Source of the DNA: Ginglymostoma cirratum
Taxonomy: Eukaryota
DNA length: 64,000 nucleotides
NCBI GenBank assembly: GCA_024137785.1
Contig: JAHRHZ010000066.1
Coordinates: 3,758,321-3,822,320 of the forward strand
Reading direction: 5' to 3'
Position 1 is the stretch's first letter. The number at the start of each line of letters is the position of its first letter. This document shows positions 26,446 through 39,712 of this stretch, in pieces. The position numbers and the translations under genes are program-made. The notes beneath the pieces are model-generated. The model made no database searches and had not been told where the DNA came from. It was given only the letters and a program-made list of their open reading frames with translations.

Positions 26446-29400
26446 TATGTACTGGAGACATTCAACCAGCACAGACTTTTCATAAATGTGGAAATTAAGT
26501 CCAAGACTGACAGTATGCGAAGGCTGCACAACAACACTTTGTCACTTCCATTACAGAGTATAAAATTCATCATCAAGGCATATTGTTTAAATGCATACAA
26601 CTGAATCAAGCATCAAATTGCCTCCTGTTATTTGTGTTGTCAGTGCTCGCCACATTAACTATCGTCAGGGTGTTACTTGATTTTTCTTGGCAGTATGATA
26701 AACCTAATATCTGTATATTAACCGCAAAATAAAATTATTCTCCCTCTCTACTGGGCAACAAGCAATAGCCTAGACTTTGATTCAAAGCGAGAATTGATGT
26801 TGATTATCTTGGATTGGGAAGAGTAAAACAAATTAAATTAGCCAAGACTCAGAATCATGACCACTAACCAGTCAGTTCAACAACAGAATGCATATGTAGG
26901 AGTAAAAAGAGATTCAGCCGATCCTTCATATACAAACATTTAAAAAGCAGACAGGGAAAGGTCCCATATTTAATTTTAAGAAGCATTTCAATTCACAGAA
27001 GCAGTGTGTTAAGCATAAATCAGAATTTTTTTCCCTTTGAAATAAAAAGATCAGTAATATTTACCTGTGATAAACATTCAGGATGGGACATCGCAACATA
27101 AATGTGTCGGCACACTCCTGTACAAATTAATTAGCTTATTCTAGAAAAAAAAGTCAACATAAAGTCTGGACATCCTAAAGCCACTGAGGTACTTTTCAAG
27201 TGTGGTCACCATTGGAATTCATTTCAAATTGAATCTACCTTTATATAAGCATCTTAAACATAAAAATAAATCTTTCACCATCATGACGTATAATACTTTG
27301 TGACTGTGAGGTATGATGAAATTTGTTTCTCTTTCGGATAGTGACCCACTGTGCTAATCCAGCAATTTTTGACTCCTTACTCCGGGTGTAATACAAACCA
27401 ACATCTGTTGTTACCAGAGACTGTGACTAATCCCTGATCAACACATCAACCTGAGCTGCTCAGCTATTGTTTAAGGATTTGTAAACAATGAGATGACCAT
27501 ATATTTGAGGCATGTGAAACATTCAGATTTAGTAATTCCTTCAGGTAAGATATAATATTAAGGCAAAAAAAAAGCATAGATTGAGAGCAGCAGTTCTAAA
27601 ATTCCATCTCTGCTGAAAAAGATAGAGATGTTGATATACACAGTTCGAATTAAAGATCATCTTGCACAGATTAAGATAATGTTGACCTGAAGTCTGTCAT
27701 TATTTCAATTTTTCTGAGCTATTAACCAAAGACACTTAGGGTGTCACCTTTCCTTGATCTATCTGCATCAAAGTACATAACAATATTTGGAATATTTACT
27801 TACTAACTGGCTGGGATTGCTGCTTAGCGGGAAAGTCGGCCGGATGCAAAGGCATCTTTCTTTGTGCAACACTACTCGGCTGCAAGAAAGACTAAAATAA
27901 ACCACGGAATCCTTTCATTAAGATCTGAGTTCAAGTCATCTGACCTTTCTTCTGCTTTGAATGTAACCAATTCATTTCTGCTATCTATTACACTGATTGA
28001 AATGGAAAATGTAGTCTTTTTTAAAATAAGTGCACATTTTCAAGGGTGCTTTTGCATTGAAAACCGTAAACAGCAAGCAATAGTGTCAGAAGAGATTCTG
28101 CAATCCTTCACCACAAAAGCTTCATATTTGAACGATTAGGAACATGCAGCAAATACAATTATGGATCTAATCCTAACCTTGAGTTTGTGTCTGGAGAATG
28201 CATCTTCAGTAGTATACAGTTAATGTCCGTCATTGGCAATTATGGTGTCGGGGACATTTGGAGTTCGAGAAATTATTAATTTCACACAAGCAGTGTATTA
28301 TGCCTCCAAAGCACCATTATTGTTATTCATACAGTAGGGAAAACAATAACATTTCAATATGGTTTTTCCTACAATTTATTGGTATCAATAGACTAATTAT
28401 GCCTAAGATAACTCAGGGTCCAGGGCATTTCCCATAGCAATGTGTGATGTAACAATTATTTTTAGAAAGGTGACATCTTGTGATTTCCAGGATTTTAAGA
28501 CTTAAAAATATTCACAACTTTAGATGTAACACAGATGGACCACATTTGTCTTGGTCTAAAAAAGTCTTGGCTCTTCACTGTCAGTGGTAGAATCTTTGTT
28601 AAATGGAGAATGTCCTCAGCATCACTCTTTACGATCTAAACCCTGCAGTAGCACCAGCTTTGTCCATTGTATTGCTACCAGTGCCAAAAGCAAAAAATTA
28701 CAATGCGATTCAACATGTCATACATTTGTAACAAAATGTTTTTTTGTGATGCTGATCTCACATTGTTACCACCATCATCTGCAACCACAGTCACACGGTC
28801 AATAATATGAAAGAAATCCCACTTGTGTAGTGTCTCACTATGTCCATCAGGATGTCCCATTTTATGAATTATGCTTCCAAAGTGCACACACTATTGTTAA
28901 CTGGGCAAATGCAGCAGTCAATGTGCATCAACTCAAACAATTGTTTGGTGTTGGCCACGGTTGGGATGTTTGTGAGAACTCCTAGAGAACTCTCTGCCTT
29001 GCATTGAGCCTTCACCTTGGTCTTCGCATCACCACTGAAAATTCACATCTCCTGCTCTTCTGTAGAGTCTTCAAATTTTGAGTACAGTACCATACCTTGC
29101 AATTGGAATACTGGGCTATTGTTGTGTGCTCTTTCCTGTAACAGCACTTTTCTGTTGCAATTTGAAGACGTAATTCTTCACATTTACATGCTCCATCATG
29201 GTTTCTTCAGTGCCATCTGCTTCTACTGTGTTCAGATATTCTCATCTGTTGAAGTCATGAATTTGTGTGAATCTTTGTTTCAGTTGGAACTCAGGGCAGC
29301 ATCAAGCTCTCCATACACTAGATCTTTCGAAAGGCTCCCCTCAGCCTAGTCCTCATCATTAGCAAGCATTTGTCCATCGGAGTAGCGCTTTGTAAGTTCT

Positions 29401-32400
29401 AAGTCCACTGTTCTTGAGTTCTTCAGTCACAAAGACAGAGCTCGGAACTGCATTTGACATCTAATGCTGACAATATAACGCTGGAATGCTGGTATATATA
29501 ATGTGCTCAAGTTCTGGAGGCTTGAATTTACTGCCTCTGGGACTCAAGAAACGACTAAATGAACCAAATTGATACTTGCCTCACTCATATGTTTTACAGC
29601 ACTCAATGCTTTCTCTGGAAACAGCTCAAATTTACAAGTGTATCGTCTGACATTTCATGGTTCATGTTATCCACACAGATTAGACTTCTATCATTCTGCT
29701 TGAATTAAATCCCAATGAACAATTATTTCACAGTTTTGCAAACCTATTTGTTACAACATGGACAAAGTCCCTGCTTTTTAAAACACACTCCTTTGAGGGA
29801 TTAACCAATCCTGTAGAAAACTGATCAGCAAACAATTAATTAAATTTACTTCTGTGTATATTAACAAAGCTAATTTCTAGCTGACAAGTCTACAATTAAG
29901 TCTGCAACATGTAGCACATATATATACTGCCATTAGCTTTCTTGATGTTAAAAGAAAAATCAGCACTCAAAGAATTTTTCCATCTTTTTAAATTGATTTG
30001 AAGTTGTGCAGAGTTCTGCCAAGTAGGCAAAATAGGCTAGGCCATTCATTAACATGCCTATCTACAACCACCATCAAAATGAACACAGTTCCTTCTGACA
30101 GGAGGAGTTTAAGAATGGAATAATAACATGGCGCCAAAATTTCAGCCGATTATGTTCTGTTGAAGCCTAGACCAACATTGCAGTCAGTCATTTTCAAACA
30201 GTCTTTTCTCAAATACTATGGTGAAACCTTTGAGCAATCAACTCCATTGTGTCTTAAGGTATACGACATTTGAAGGGAGAAACTATTTACTCAATGAATG
30301 CAGATCTCATCAACCAAATGCAGGAATTAAGTGAGTTTTAGCCCAAATGTCTTTTTTTCATAGCGCAGGTAAAAAAATGTGGACCCGTGAACAAGAATAA
30401 AATGCACTTTAAATGACTCTCATAAAAAGCACAACACCACATAAACTTCTTAATTGCGATGATATGAGGAAACCATTATGAGGCCCAACAAGTGACATTA
30501 AAAAAAATTGTTGAAGTCACTTCCTGAATCCAAATAACTGATCCTGATAAATATAACTGGGAGTAGAGTATACCACTGTAAATCAACAAGGGCTGAGAAG
30601 ATACTGCAAAATGTAACTGTGAAGCTGAAACATTATGAGAAGTTATTTGGACAGCAGTTTACCTCACATTGATTTGTGTATTTTTTTTACACAGTACGGC
30701 AAGGTGTTTCTTAAGCGGATTCCAGAGCTGGTAACAAAACTGATTAATCAACAGTCAAAAAGGAAAATAGCATTTCCTAAACTGAATGACTATGAACGGT
30801 TTGATATGGGTATTTGCATACATTGAATATACCATGCTGTCAGTCAAAGTTTCTTCACATTCCCTATTAACCATTGTTAATAGAGCTGTTAACATCTTCT
30901 TCACAGAGATTTATGTAGACTGCAAAAATCATGAGAATTCACAATCACTCCTCAAACCCATCACAGGTCATAGTGCTCAGCAAAAAAAAAATTACTTCGT
31001 TTAGCTGAGGCAAATAAAGTACAACACAAATAATTGAATTTATATCAACGTCTTGACTATGTTCAGTACATTATTGACTGGCCAGCAAAACTGCTCATAA
31101 CAATGTGCTACACAAAATTACTGGATTTGTTCTCAGCAGTTGATCAATGCCTCAATTATGAAGCCTCATACTTTTTGTTGCATTTTCAGCCAAACAAGTA
31201 AATTCTCAATTTTTCATGCATTGGTGAAGTAAGCAGTGTGGCATGATTAGCATACTATCGTGTGACCACCAACCATAAATCATGTTAAAGTGGAGCAATC
31301 AATTATTGCCAAAATAACACCATTCCTGAAATACAGAAATTAATCCATTTTGTTTTATCTCTCTCAGGTGAGGTCCTTTTATCGTGCACTCGATCATTGC
31401 TGATCATCTTTCAGGGAGGTAATTTTTAGATGTGACAGCATGCAGTAGTTCTGTTTGCTTCTCTACACTTATCCAAAACTATAACGTTTGGTCAAAAAAA
31501 AACCATTTTCCCCTTTATTTTGGCCAAAATGAATTCCCAACAAGGAAACTTTCTATTTGCTGATCAATACAAAAATTCTCTGATAAGCAAAAACTCAGCC
31601 TATAATTATCTGTACATGGTTTCTGACAGAAAAATTAATCAAACGTGACAGATTTGGATCAAAAGTTTACCACCAAGAATTGCAAGGCGAATTTTCTCGG
31701 CATGCGCCTCTCTGCTGCTTAAGAGCAAAATATGAATGAATTTCTTTCACTAATACAACATTGTTGAGTGCTAACAACTTCAGAACTGGCACAGCTGGCA
31801 TTTTTTTTTAAAACAATACACAACACTTAGAAATGAAACAGGATGCAATGCTCGAAATGGACAAGGAAACCATCCACAGCCACTTTTACAGGTTTGTTGG
31901 TGTCTAATTAGCAAGACTCTAAAAGTTTGGATATTTTGCAAACATAATATCCAGGAAAGATGTACTGAGTGCATTTAATTTTATTACCACTTTAGGAGAA
32001 AATATTTAGATATTTCCACACAGTTAAAAACTAAGTTTCTAACCACTTAGCATCATAAAATTAAATATTCTGATATAGTACATGAAACCATAATTGTGCA
32101 CCTTATCAATACTACACCACCATGCATTAATGAAGAAACTGTTATTGAGATGTACCTGCTCATGTAGAGTGCAGTTTTTAACCAGTTCATAAGGAGCATC
32201 TCTGCTGAACTATGCAATTTATTTCACTGATTACTTCCCTTCATACGTGAAGTACACTATACTTTTACATTGCTAGATCTCGAAAGTGTTAAAATAAAAC
32301 ATTTTATTTCAATAATTTAAGTGGTACATTATAAGGCCGAGTTACCATTTCTCAGTTTTACTTCAAAGGTATGGGGCCCAACCACACCAAACATGGATTA

Positions 32401-34903
32401 AAAAGTCACCTACTTTTACAAAAGATGGTTGTCCATCCACTCATATAAAAGTATAATGGATTCTGCGATTTCAGTAATTGTTACTCAGCTTCTGGACAGT
32501 TGGACTCCCTGAGCTACACATACATAACTGTGCTATGGAAACTAACAGACCTCATTGTCAATTGATTTAATTAATTATATTCCCACCTTTTATTTTCTAA
32601 TATAGATCAATACTGATCAACTTAATTTAATGTGGCTCTGAAGGATTTAGCAGGGTTTCACTGTAGGTGTGATATGTCAACAACAATTCTGCCAGTGAAA
32701 ATCAGAAAACTACAACAGCAAAATCAGTCCAGCCCAGTAGCTGTGATATTTCAAGACTCAATATAACCTCAAGTTCACAACAGTGGGAAGGGGAAGCGCA
32801 GAATTTGCTTTATAGGGGGCAACATCAAAATCTATGGAATATCTTTGGTATTGAAGGCTAGACATTGTCCAAGAATGTCAACGTCAAACACGTGGAATTC
32901 ACTACCAATCTGAAAAGGGAAGGCACCATCTAGAGTAGCACATCCTGTATGTTTCAACAATACTGTTGAAGTAACTTTCCAGGCAATACCATGTATCAAA
33001 TAGAACAGTAATCTATTGTTGCACTTCCCTCTCCTTAAGAGGACTCTAAAACAATCAACATCACAGTAACTGAAGCAGTTCATTACAAAATAATTTTCCA
33101 AGATTGTATCAGCTCACCATTTACGTCAGTTAAACAGAAGAAACACAGTAGATTCATTTTGCACTTCAAAAAGGACACACATGAATATGATCAATAGCCC
33201 AAATTTATAAATTCAAGACATTTTCCTAATCCAATTTTTTAAAATCGTTAATCTGACATTTAAAATAAAATCTAACTCTTAAGATGTTGCTCCGAGCAAA
33301 TAACTATTTCTTCCTATAGATGTCACTGAGAAGATCTGATAGTTAAAAAGACACTCTTCATTGTCAACTGTAGAAATACTCATTTCTGACAGTGTAAATA
33401 CAATGCATGAGAAACAGCAAACATGCAAACCTATTGCTTGCAATAACATTCCAATATGCAGGGTCTGCGATTACAACAGTACCGGTTGATAGGCATTCAA
33501 CTTATCATAAGCTTATAAATAAAAGCTGGTAGAAAACTAGCAGAAAAGCTCCACAGGGAAAATCTCATCTCCAGCACAATTAAATTCATATTCCAGTGAA
33601 AGGAAAAATTAAAACAATATTCCTCCTTAATAACAAAATAATTATTAATATTTCCATTTTAGGAGCTGACTTTAAAAAGAACTTCCAAATAAATAATGTA
33701 AAACAAAATCAATACTGGTACTTTTAGACACTTTAAGTTAAGTAATAATTTAAGGCATAATTCATTCACTATAGCAGTTTAAGATAAACAAACATGGACT
33801 GAGGCTATTTACTATTGTTTCTCAATAGGTGGAGGGGAAGCCAGCTGCTCTTATCTCTGTAGAGCTGGTCCTTTGAAACGGGGCTCATCCCAATCAGTTC
33901 AATGGTCTACTATCGAGTTCGAACTATTGTTAAAGGTGTCCGTTATTTAACACTGACATGAAAACCTTTGTGCAAATCTTATGACTACTTTGTTGACATT
34001 AAGAGGCAGAAATGGTTTTGTGCAACCAAACAATATTTCATTGTCAAGAGGTGAGCCAGAACATGTAAACACCAAAGCTTAACTTGATTAGGGAGAACAT
34101 TCACTAACATATTCAGGAATTCTGCCAACACTCCTGATTTTTCCATGCATGCAAAAATAGGATCACATTTACACTGTAACTTTTCAAAGCATGCTGAACT
34201 TTATGTGGCATTTCCAGAACACTTCTCAATAAATAGTTTTACCATTTCAAGTAATTACCATTCAATGCAAACTTCTTTTACTCCAATCCAAACCAATCCA
34301 ATCCAATCCTTGGACTCTTCTTGTCTCTTTGTATATCGTCCAAAGTACCAGTTAAATTGACTTCCAAATCATTCAAACACAATAGCTGGTGGCTTTTAAA
34401 TGTTCCCAGTCACAACTCATTTTGGCCAAATTCAGTTTCCATATTTACAGACTTCTTAACTCTCCATAGGGAAGTGCCAAATATAATCAAATTCATTAAA
34501 AGAAATCACAATGCTCAGGCCTAATGTTTCAGCAATGCATGAGTTACACAAGGTGCACAAATCTCAACTGGCTCAAATTAATGCTCTCCTTTCACAAAAC
34601 ATTGACAGATTTCAGACTTCCAACAAAATTCCCATTTGGTTTCAACTTTTAATGGCTGAGGTGAAGGGTGAAAGAAAAATATCAAAGAACTACACAGTCA
34701 ACAATAAAAGTCGGAGCTATGATCTGTGTAAATGAGTTCAACTCTAAGCTATGATAACAGAATAGTTTAATCAAACAACATGAAGTGCAGTTTAATCAGA
34801 TACTCTAGACTGGGATATTGCAGTGCAATCTTAAAGCTGAATCACGTTTGAAGCTAGAAGTCTGAAGGAGGCAAGAATTTGCATTATCCAACCGGTTCCT
34901 TAC

Positions 34904-35173
34904 CTCGAGAGCTTCCAAGGTGACAAAACTGGCTATTCCAAATCCATCAATGAGATCTTCCTCTCCTGAAGTGGAGTCTTTCCTCCGACGTCGCGGGGGT
35001 CTGGGACGGGATGAGGCGGGATTTTTGTGACTGCCCTCTCGCTCAGACCCTGATGAGGACAGAGCGCTGTTCGCCCTCGAAGTGCCTCCTCCTCCCTTTG
35101 CTTTCCTGTCTCGGTTTCTCTGAGCTCGAGATCGCCTACTCCGGCGAAGCCCACTACACCGAGGGCGATCCAT
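34904..35173 (-). CDS. AUTS2: First coding exon (90 aa) of an AUTS2-family gene (AUTS2/FBRS/FBRSL1); the family is secure, the exact paralogue is not
   Basis: Translation is [23 protein letters not shown]...SSSGSERE...[37 protein letters not shown]. This matches the conserved AUTS2-family N-terminus ([27 protein letters not shown].EALE). The ATG at 35173 is in a strong Kozak context (gcaATGG). The exon ends GAG|GTAAGG with the GT at 34903-34902, the phase-0 position after EALE where AUTS2 exon 1 ends. Confidence 0.9.
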
Positions 35174-35835
35174 TGCACACACAAGACTTCCCCACGCACA
35201 CACACACAAAAAAGGTGACTGGTTGTGTATGTATATATTTGTTTAAACTCAATAAAATTAACAATAGCAATTCCACAAAGCCCAGGCAAAGCACACTTTG
35301 CAGGAGGCGATGGCTGGATACACGTCGTCTGTGTATTAATCACCGAGGAAAAAAAAATCCGCAAGAGAAGAATCCTTTTATAACTTAGATGGAGAAATTA
35401 TCCCAGTATTCCCATAATGATTCCAAGCGAGCCGACGATCCAGGCGGAAATTGACTAGATTCCAAGTAAAATTGACAGGAAAATCCCCAGGTGAAATTGA
35501 CCAGGTCTCCACAGTGCAGACTGACGTTGATTCTATAATAACACACTTTTAGAATTTTTTTCCCCCAGAAGAGATACGAGTGTTTTTTTAAAAATATTTC
35601 CCCCAATAGTTTCAGCAGCAGTAATCGCCCGGAATCCACAATAACCACGACCACAATTTGGTCCTTCCTAAAAATTAAAAATAAAATCACACACTTGCAA
35701 AATGCTCTTTCCTTCCACTTGTAGCGAGAGGATAATAACTCGAAATTCTGGCTGATTTTAATGTCCCTTCCATTATCTCCGCATTTGAACCAGTTACTAA
35801 AAAGGTGCTGAGCGACAAAACGATGTTTGATCCAC

Positions 35836-36025
35836 ACCTTCCCTCTCCACACTCACTATCTCTCATCCTCTCTCTCAATCTCTCTCTCCCGCACACACGC
35901 ACACCCTGTCTCTTTCCCTCTCTCTCTCTCTTTCTTTCTGTGTCTGTCTGCCTGTCTGTGCTCCCCCTCCTCTCTCCACACCACCACCCCTTTCTCCCTC
36001 CCTCTCTCTCTCTGACTTCTTTGTC
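35836..36025. repeat. Pyrimidine/purine (CT)n-rich low-complexity tract
   Basis: tctctctc/ccctctcc runs with short CA interruptions. Confidence 0.85.
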
Positions 36026-36157
36026 TGAAATAAAATTCACGCACCGCACATCCCACCACAGTAGATTCCAGCTCTAGCCATCAGACTGAAGACTTTCGGA
36101 CCTGACGGGGATTTTTTTTTTGTTCTCCTTCAGATTGGCGACCAAATGCAAAAAGAA

Positions 36158-36235
36158 AGAGGGGGGGGAAGGGGTTGGTGCTGGGGGGGGGGGGGAGAAG
36201 GGGGGGGGGGGCCCAAACCGAGGAGGAGGGGGGGA
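36158..36235 (+). other. Poly-G cluster, potential G-quadruplex
   Basis: At least five G-runs of 4-13 nt with short loops. Confidence 0.7.
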
Positions 36236-37556
36236 AAAGACAAGGGAGGAAGAGGTGGAGAAGAATGGAGAGAGAGAGAGAGAAAGAAAAAAATCCTTTG
36301 GAAGGAATGGAGCTTTCCCCAGTCTGTAGAACACCAGATCCACAGCCCCTTTAGCGGAGGGATAACAACTTACGCCAGTTCCGCTCATGTCTACCTCCTC
36401 ACCAGGAAATAGTCCAAGCAGTTTTCCTCGGGTTTAATCCCAGACTTTGAAAGGAATGCACTTGCCTGGGCTTCACAGCCCGGTCGGGGCGAGCCGCTCT
36501 CACCAGCCCCGAGCCGAGAGGGTAGAGAGCTGGGGGGTCAGCCGCAATGTTTACCAACAACCGGCGTCTTTAATGACACCATTCTTCATCACGTTTGCAC
36601 TCTGCATCTCTGCTCGTGTTTCTCAAGTTCTGCTGAAGTGAGACAACAAACATGTTAAGGGGGAGAGAGAGAGAAAACACGCGCACACAGTGGCATCTGT
36701 CTCCTACAGGATTCGGCAGGACCGAGTGCCCCCCTCTCTGCATGCCGTGCGTGGCTAATTAGCGCTGTTTTATTCACATCAGACTTATTATTGGAGAGAA
36801 ATAGACGAGGCTGCAAAGGCGAAGTTGGAGCGGGGCACTCTCTGTCCTGGCTGTCAGTCTGCACCGGCGGCTGGGTCGACCCCCCCGAGGTTTGCGCTGG
36901 GGGAGAACGACAGGACTTTACTGCCTATCCCTCGGACCGGATCTCCTGCGGCAGCCTTCTCAGGGATCCCGGTCAACTTCACTGCCTCCCGAGGCGAAGT
37001 TTCCGAAGCGATCGATAGTCGGTGACCAAGGTTATCCCACTGGAAAGAGTCGAACACAATCCATCCTAACTTCACCCACCAAGCGCCTCTAGCAACAAAA
37101 CCTCCCTCAAAAAAAATAACATGGACAAACCCCAAACTTAGCCAGCGTTTGATTTTCAGTGGAGCTGGATTCAGCATTGAGAGCAGAACACGATATAAAT
37201 CATGAACGGCGTCATGGATATGTTTAACAAAATAGGGCAGGCTGCCTGGATTTCCCTTCATTTGAAATTAACAAATGTTTATTTCTCCCCTCTGATATCC
37301 GCAGCCTCCAACCACATTCTAATCAAGCTCATCACTTTGGCTCCCCATGAAACAAAAAAAATTGAAAATTGTGGTTGAGGGCTTCAACTTTCCCGATCTT
37401 GTTTTAGTTGTGACATTGACTGACTTTGTTGTGGAGTTTCTTGTATCAGAATGGATAATATTTGCAATAAAATGCATTTTTTTTCTCCAAGCTATTGATT
37501 TCTCGGGTTATAGTGATCGAATTAAACGAGACATAACTAATTGTCACCCCCCCCCG

Positions 37557-37575
37557 CACACACACACACACACAC
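37557..37575. repeat. Short (CA)n microsatellite
   Basis: cacacacacacacacacac. Confidence 0.8.
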
Positions 37576-38589
37576 CAATCCGTCGACTCTTTAAACTTAG
37601 TGCCACCCTATGTATAAACAATCAAGTTATACCTGCACCAGGTGCCTCCGTAATTAATGATGAGAAAGTTTTGGTGGAAATAAGAGAGATAGAGTCCAGC
37701 ATTCAAAGGGTAAACTGTCGCCGATATGATATGACCAATATATGATCTGCCCGCAACTTCTATCCTCCAGCGATAGGACTGGCAAGTTCCAGCATTAGCT
37801 ACATCTCACACCGAGTACCAATTTCATTTAACCACCTTGAACTTAAATTCTACCCTTTTAGACTTCAATTCGGCAACTTAAAAGAGTCTCGGGTTAAAAG
37901 GTGTAGCAGCAGTTGAGAATGTTTTAACTTTTGCTTTTACTTCAAAAACGTTTTGGGTGGAAATGGTCCCATGTGATCTAACTGGTTCAAAACCCACGCA
38001 GAAAACACACATCAGGTTATTTAGGACCACTTCACAAATACAACGGACCTTTGGGAGGATCTCATCATACAATATCCCAACTTGGGCCCACTTCCTCTTT
38101 TAGATGCTAGCTGTGCAAATTATTGTTAAATCCAGCAGCTTGATCAGATTTCCAGAATGCTTGATTATTTATGATTTCAGAAGAAAGATGGATAGTTTAA
38201 AGAATCAGCACTTCTGTAGGAATTTCGAACAGATTTGACTCTGGCAAAAAGTCACCATGTTGGAAGTTGGGTAAATTTAATGCATCTGATGCAATGCCAA
38301 TGATACATTGTTTACACATCACAGTTTGGACAAAAAAAATCAACTTGAGGGTGTTAACTTTGAGATATGGAACTTATTTCTAATTTGGGCAACCAGGACG
38401 ACACAACCACGCACATACGGGTGGCTCCTTGGTTATATTCCCACTTGTTCTCCCACAGTGTTCTTCAGACTCAAAAGGTCATGACTAAAGAAATGATTTG
38501 TATTTGTACGGTGCTTTCACAGTGTCTTAAAGCACTTTACAGCTAAATAGCTGCTTGTGAATTGAGTTTTGCAGAAAATAAGAGCCGAT

Positions 38590-39712
38590 GGTGCTGGGAT
38601 ATTATAAAGAGCATGGTTTCCGGACTGGCTAACAAAGAAGATAGATAGATAGATAGAAAGATAGAAGACAGAAACTTGGGATACATGGGGCATTCCAGGA
38701 CATAACTAATGGAGTGCCAAAGTGATCAGCCCTGGGGTCGCCATTATTTACAAGATATATTAATGATTCCGATGAGGGATAGGAATGTACTATTTCCAAG
38801 TTTGTGGATGACATTACATTGGAGAGTAGATAAGTGATGTCAATGGCACAGAGATTACAGGGGAATTATAGACTGGTTAAGTTAGTCGGCAAAAAAACTT
38901 GGCAGAAGGAACATAATGTGTGAAAATGTGAGGTTATGCACTTTGGCATCTAGAATGGAAGAGGTAGTTATTATCTAAATGGAGAAAGACAGCAGAAAAA
39001 GCTGCAGCACATAGGGATTTAGGGGACTTTGTGAATAAATCAGCAAAAGCCAGCATCCAAATTCAGAAGGCAAATTGAATGTCGGCCCTTATTTCGAAGG
39101 AAATGAAGAATACAAATAGAGTCGTCTTGTTAAAACTATGCAAGGCACGAATTAGATCACACCTATAATATTATGAACAGTTTTGGTCCCCTTATTTAAG
39201 GAAAGATACACTGGCATTGGAGGCAGCCCAGAGAGAGTTCATTAAATTGATCTTGGGTATGGACAGATTTTCTTGTAAGCGTAAATTGGACTTGTATTCA
39301 TTGGAGTTTAAAGAATGAGAAGACCTTGTTGAAACATATAAGATTCCCAAGGGGCTTTACAAGGTAGGTGTTGAGATTCTTTTTCCCATCGTTGCACAGT
39401 CTAGGACGAGAGGGCATAATCTCATGTTAAGGGGTCACCAATTTAAAACAGAGATGAGGAAGAATTTCTTCTCTCAGAGGGTAGTGAACTTTGGAATTCT
39501 TTACCACAGAGAAGGCTGCATAAGTTGGGTCATTATGTATACTCAAGACTGACATAGACAGATTTTTAATCAGTAAGGGAATGAAGGACTTTGGGAATAA
39601 AGCATGGTAGTGGATTTGAGGGCTATTAGATCAGCCATGATGTTATTGAATGGCAAAGCAGATGTGATGGGCTGAATGGCCTAATTCTGCTCTTACATAT
39701 TCCAGTCTTATA
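38590..39712 (+). mobile_element. CR1 LINE RT/3' fragment containing a short (GATA)n
   Basis: ggagtgccaaagtgatcagccctgggg (GVPQGS-like), tccaagtttgtggatgac (KFVDD) and gaggaagaatttcttctctcagagggtagtg, plus a CR1 tail. GATA repeats at 38640-38665. Confidence 0.88.

Larger units (their letters stand above)
1..34903 (-). other. Intron 1 of the AUTS2-family gene (continues beyond the window start)
   Basis: Canonical donor GTAAGG at 34903. No exon-2-like peptide (KD.ALKP.ER...) is seen in the minus-strand ORFs. Very long first introns are typical of this family. Confidence 0.75.
35174..37300 (-). promoter_or_regulatory. 5' leader / CpG-rich promoter region of the AUTS2-family gene
   Basis: Marked CpG enrichment (about 36350-37080, also exon 1) against a CpG-poor background. 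It has a long CT/GA tract (35836-36025), poly-G runs (36158-36235) and no TE fragments, and lies directly upstream of the ATG. The TSS cannot be determined from sequence. Confidence 0.7.

Noticed and set aside
34805-35209. Single-exon 134-aa ORF as the full CDS
   Set aside because: Family homology starts at the ATG at 35173 and stops at the GT donor at 34903. The extensions are leader and intron.
34933-36412. Overlapping ORFs around exon 1 and the promoter (34933..35364, 35011..35388, 35805..36077, 36074..36388, 36120..36329)
   Set aside because: Products of GC-rich or low-complexity sequence, several with non-ATG starts, and no recognisable domains.
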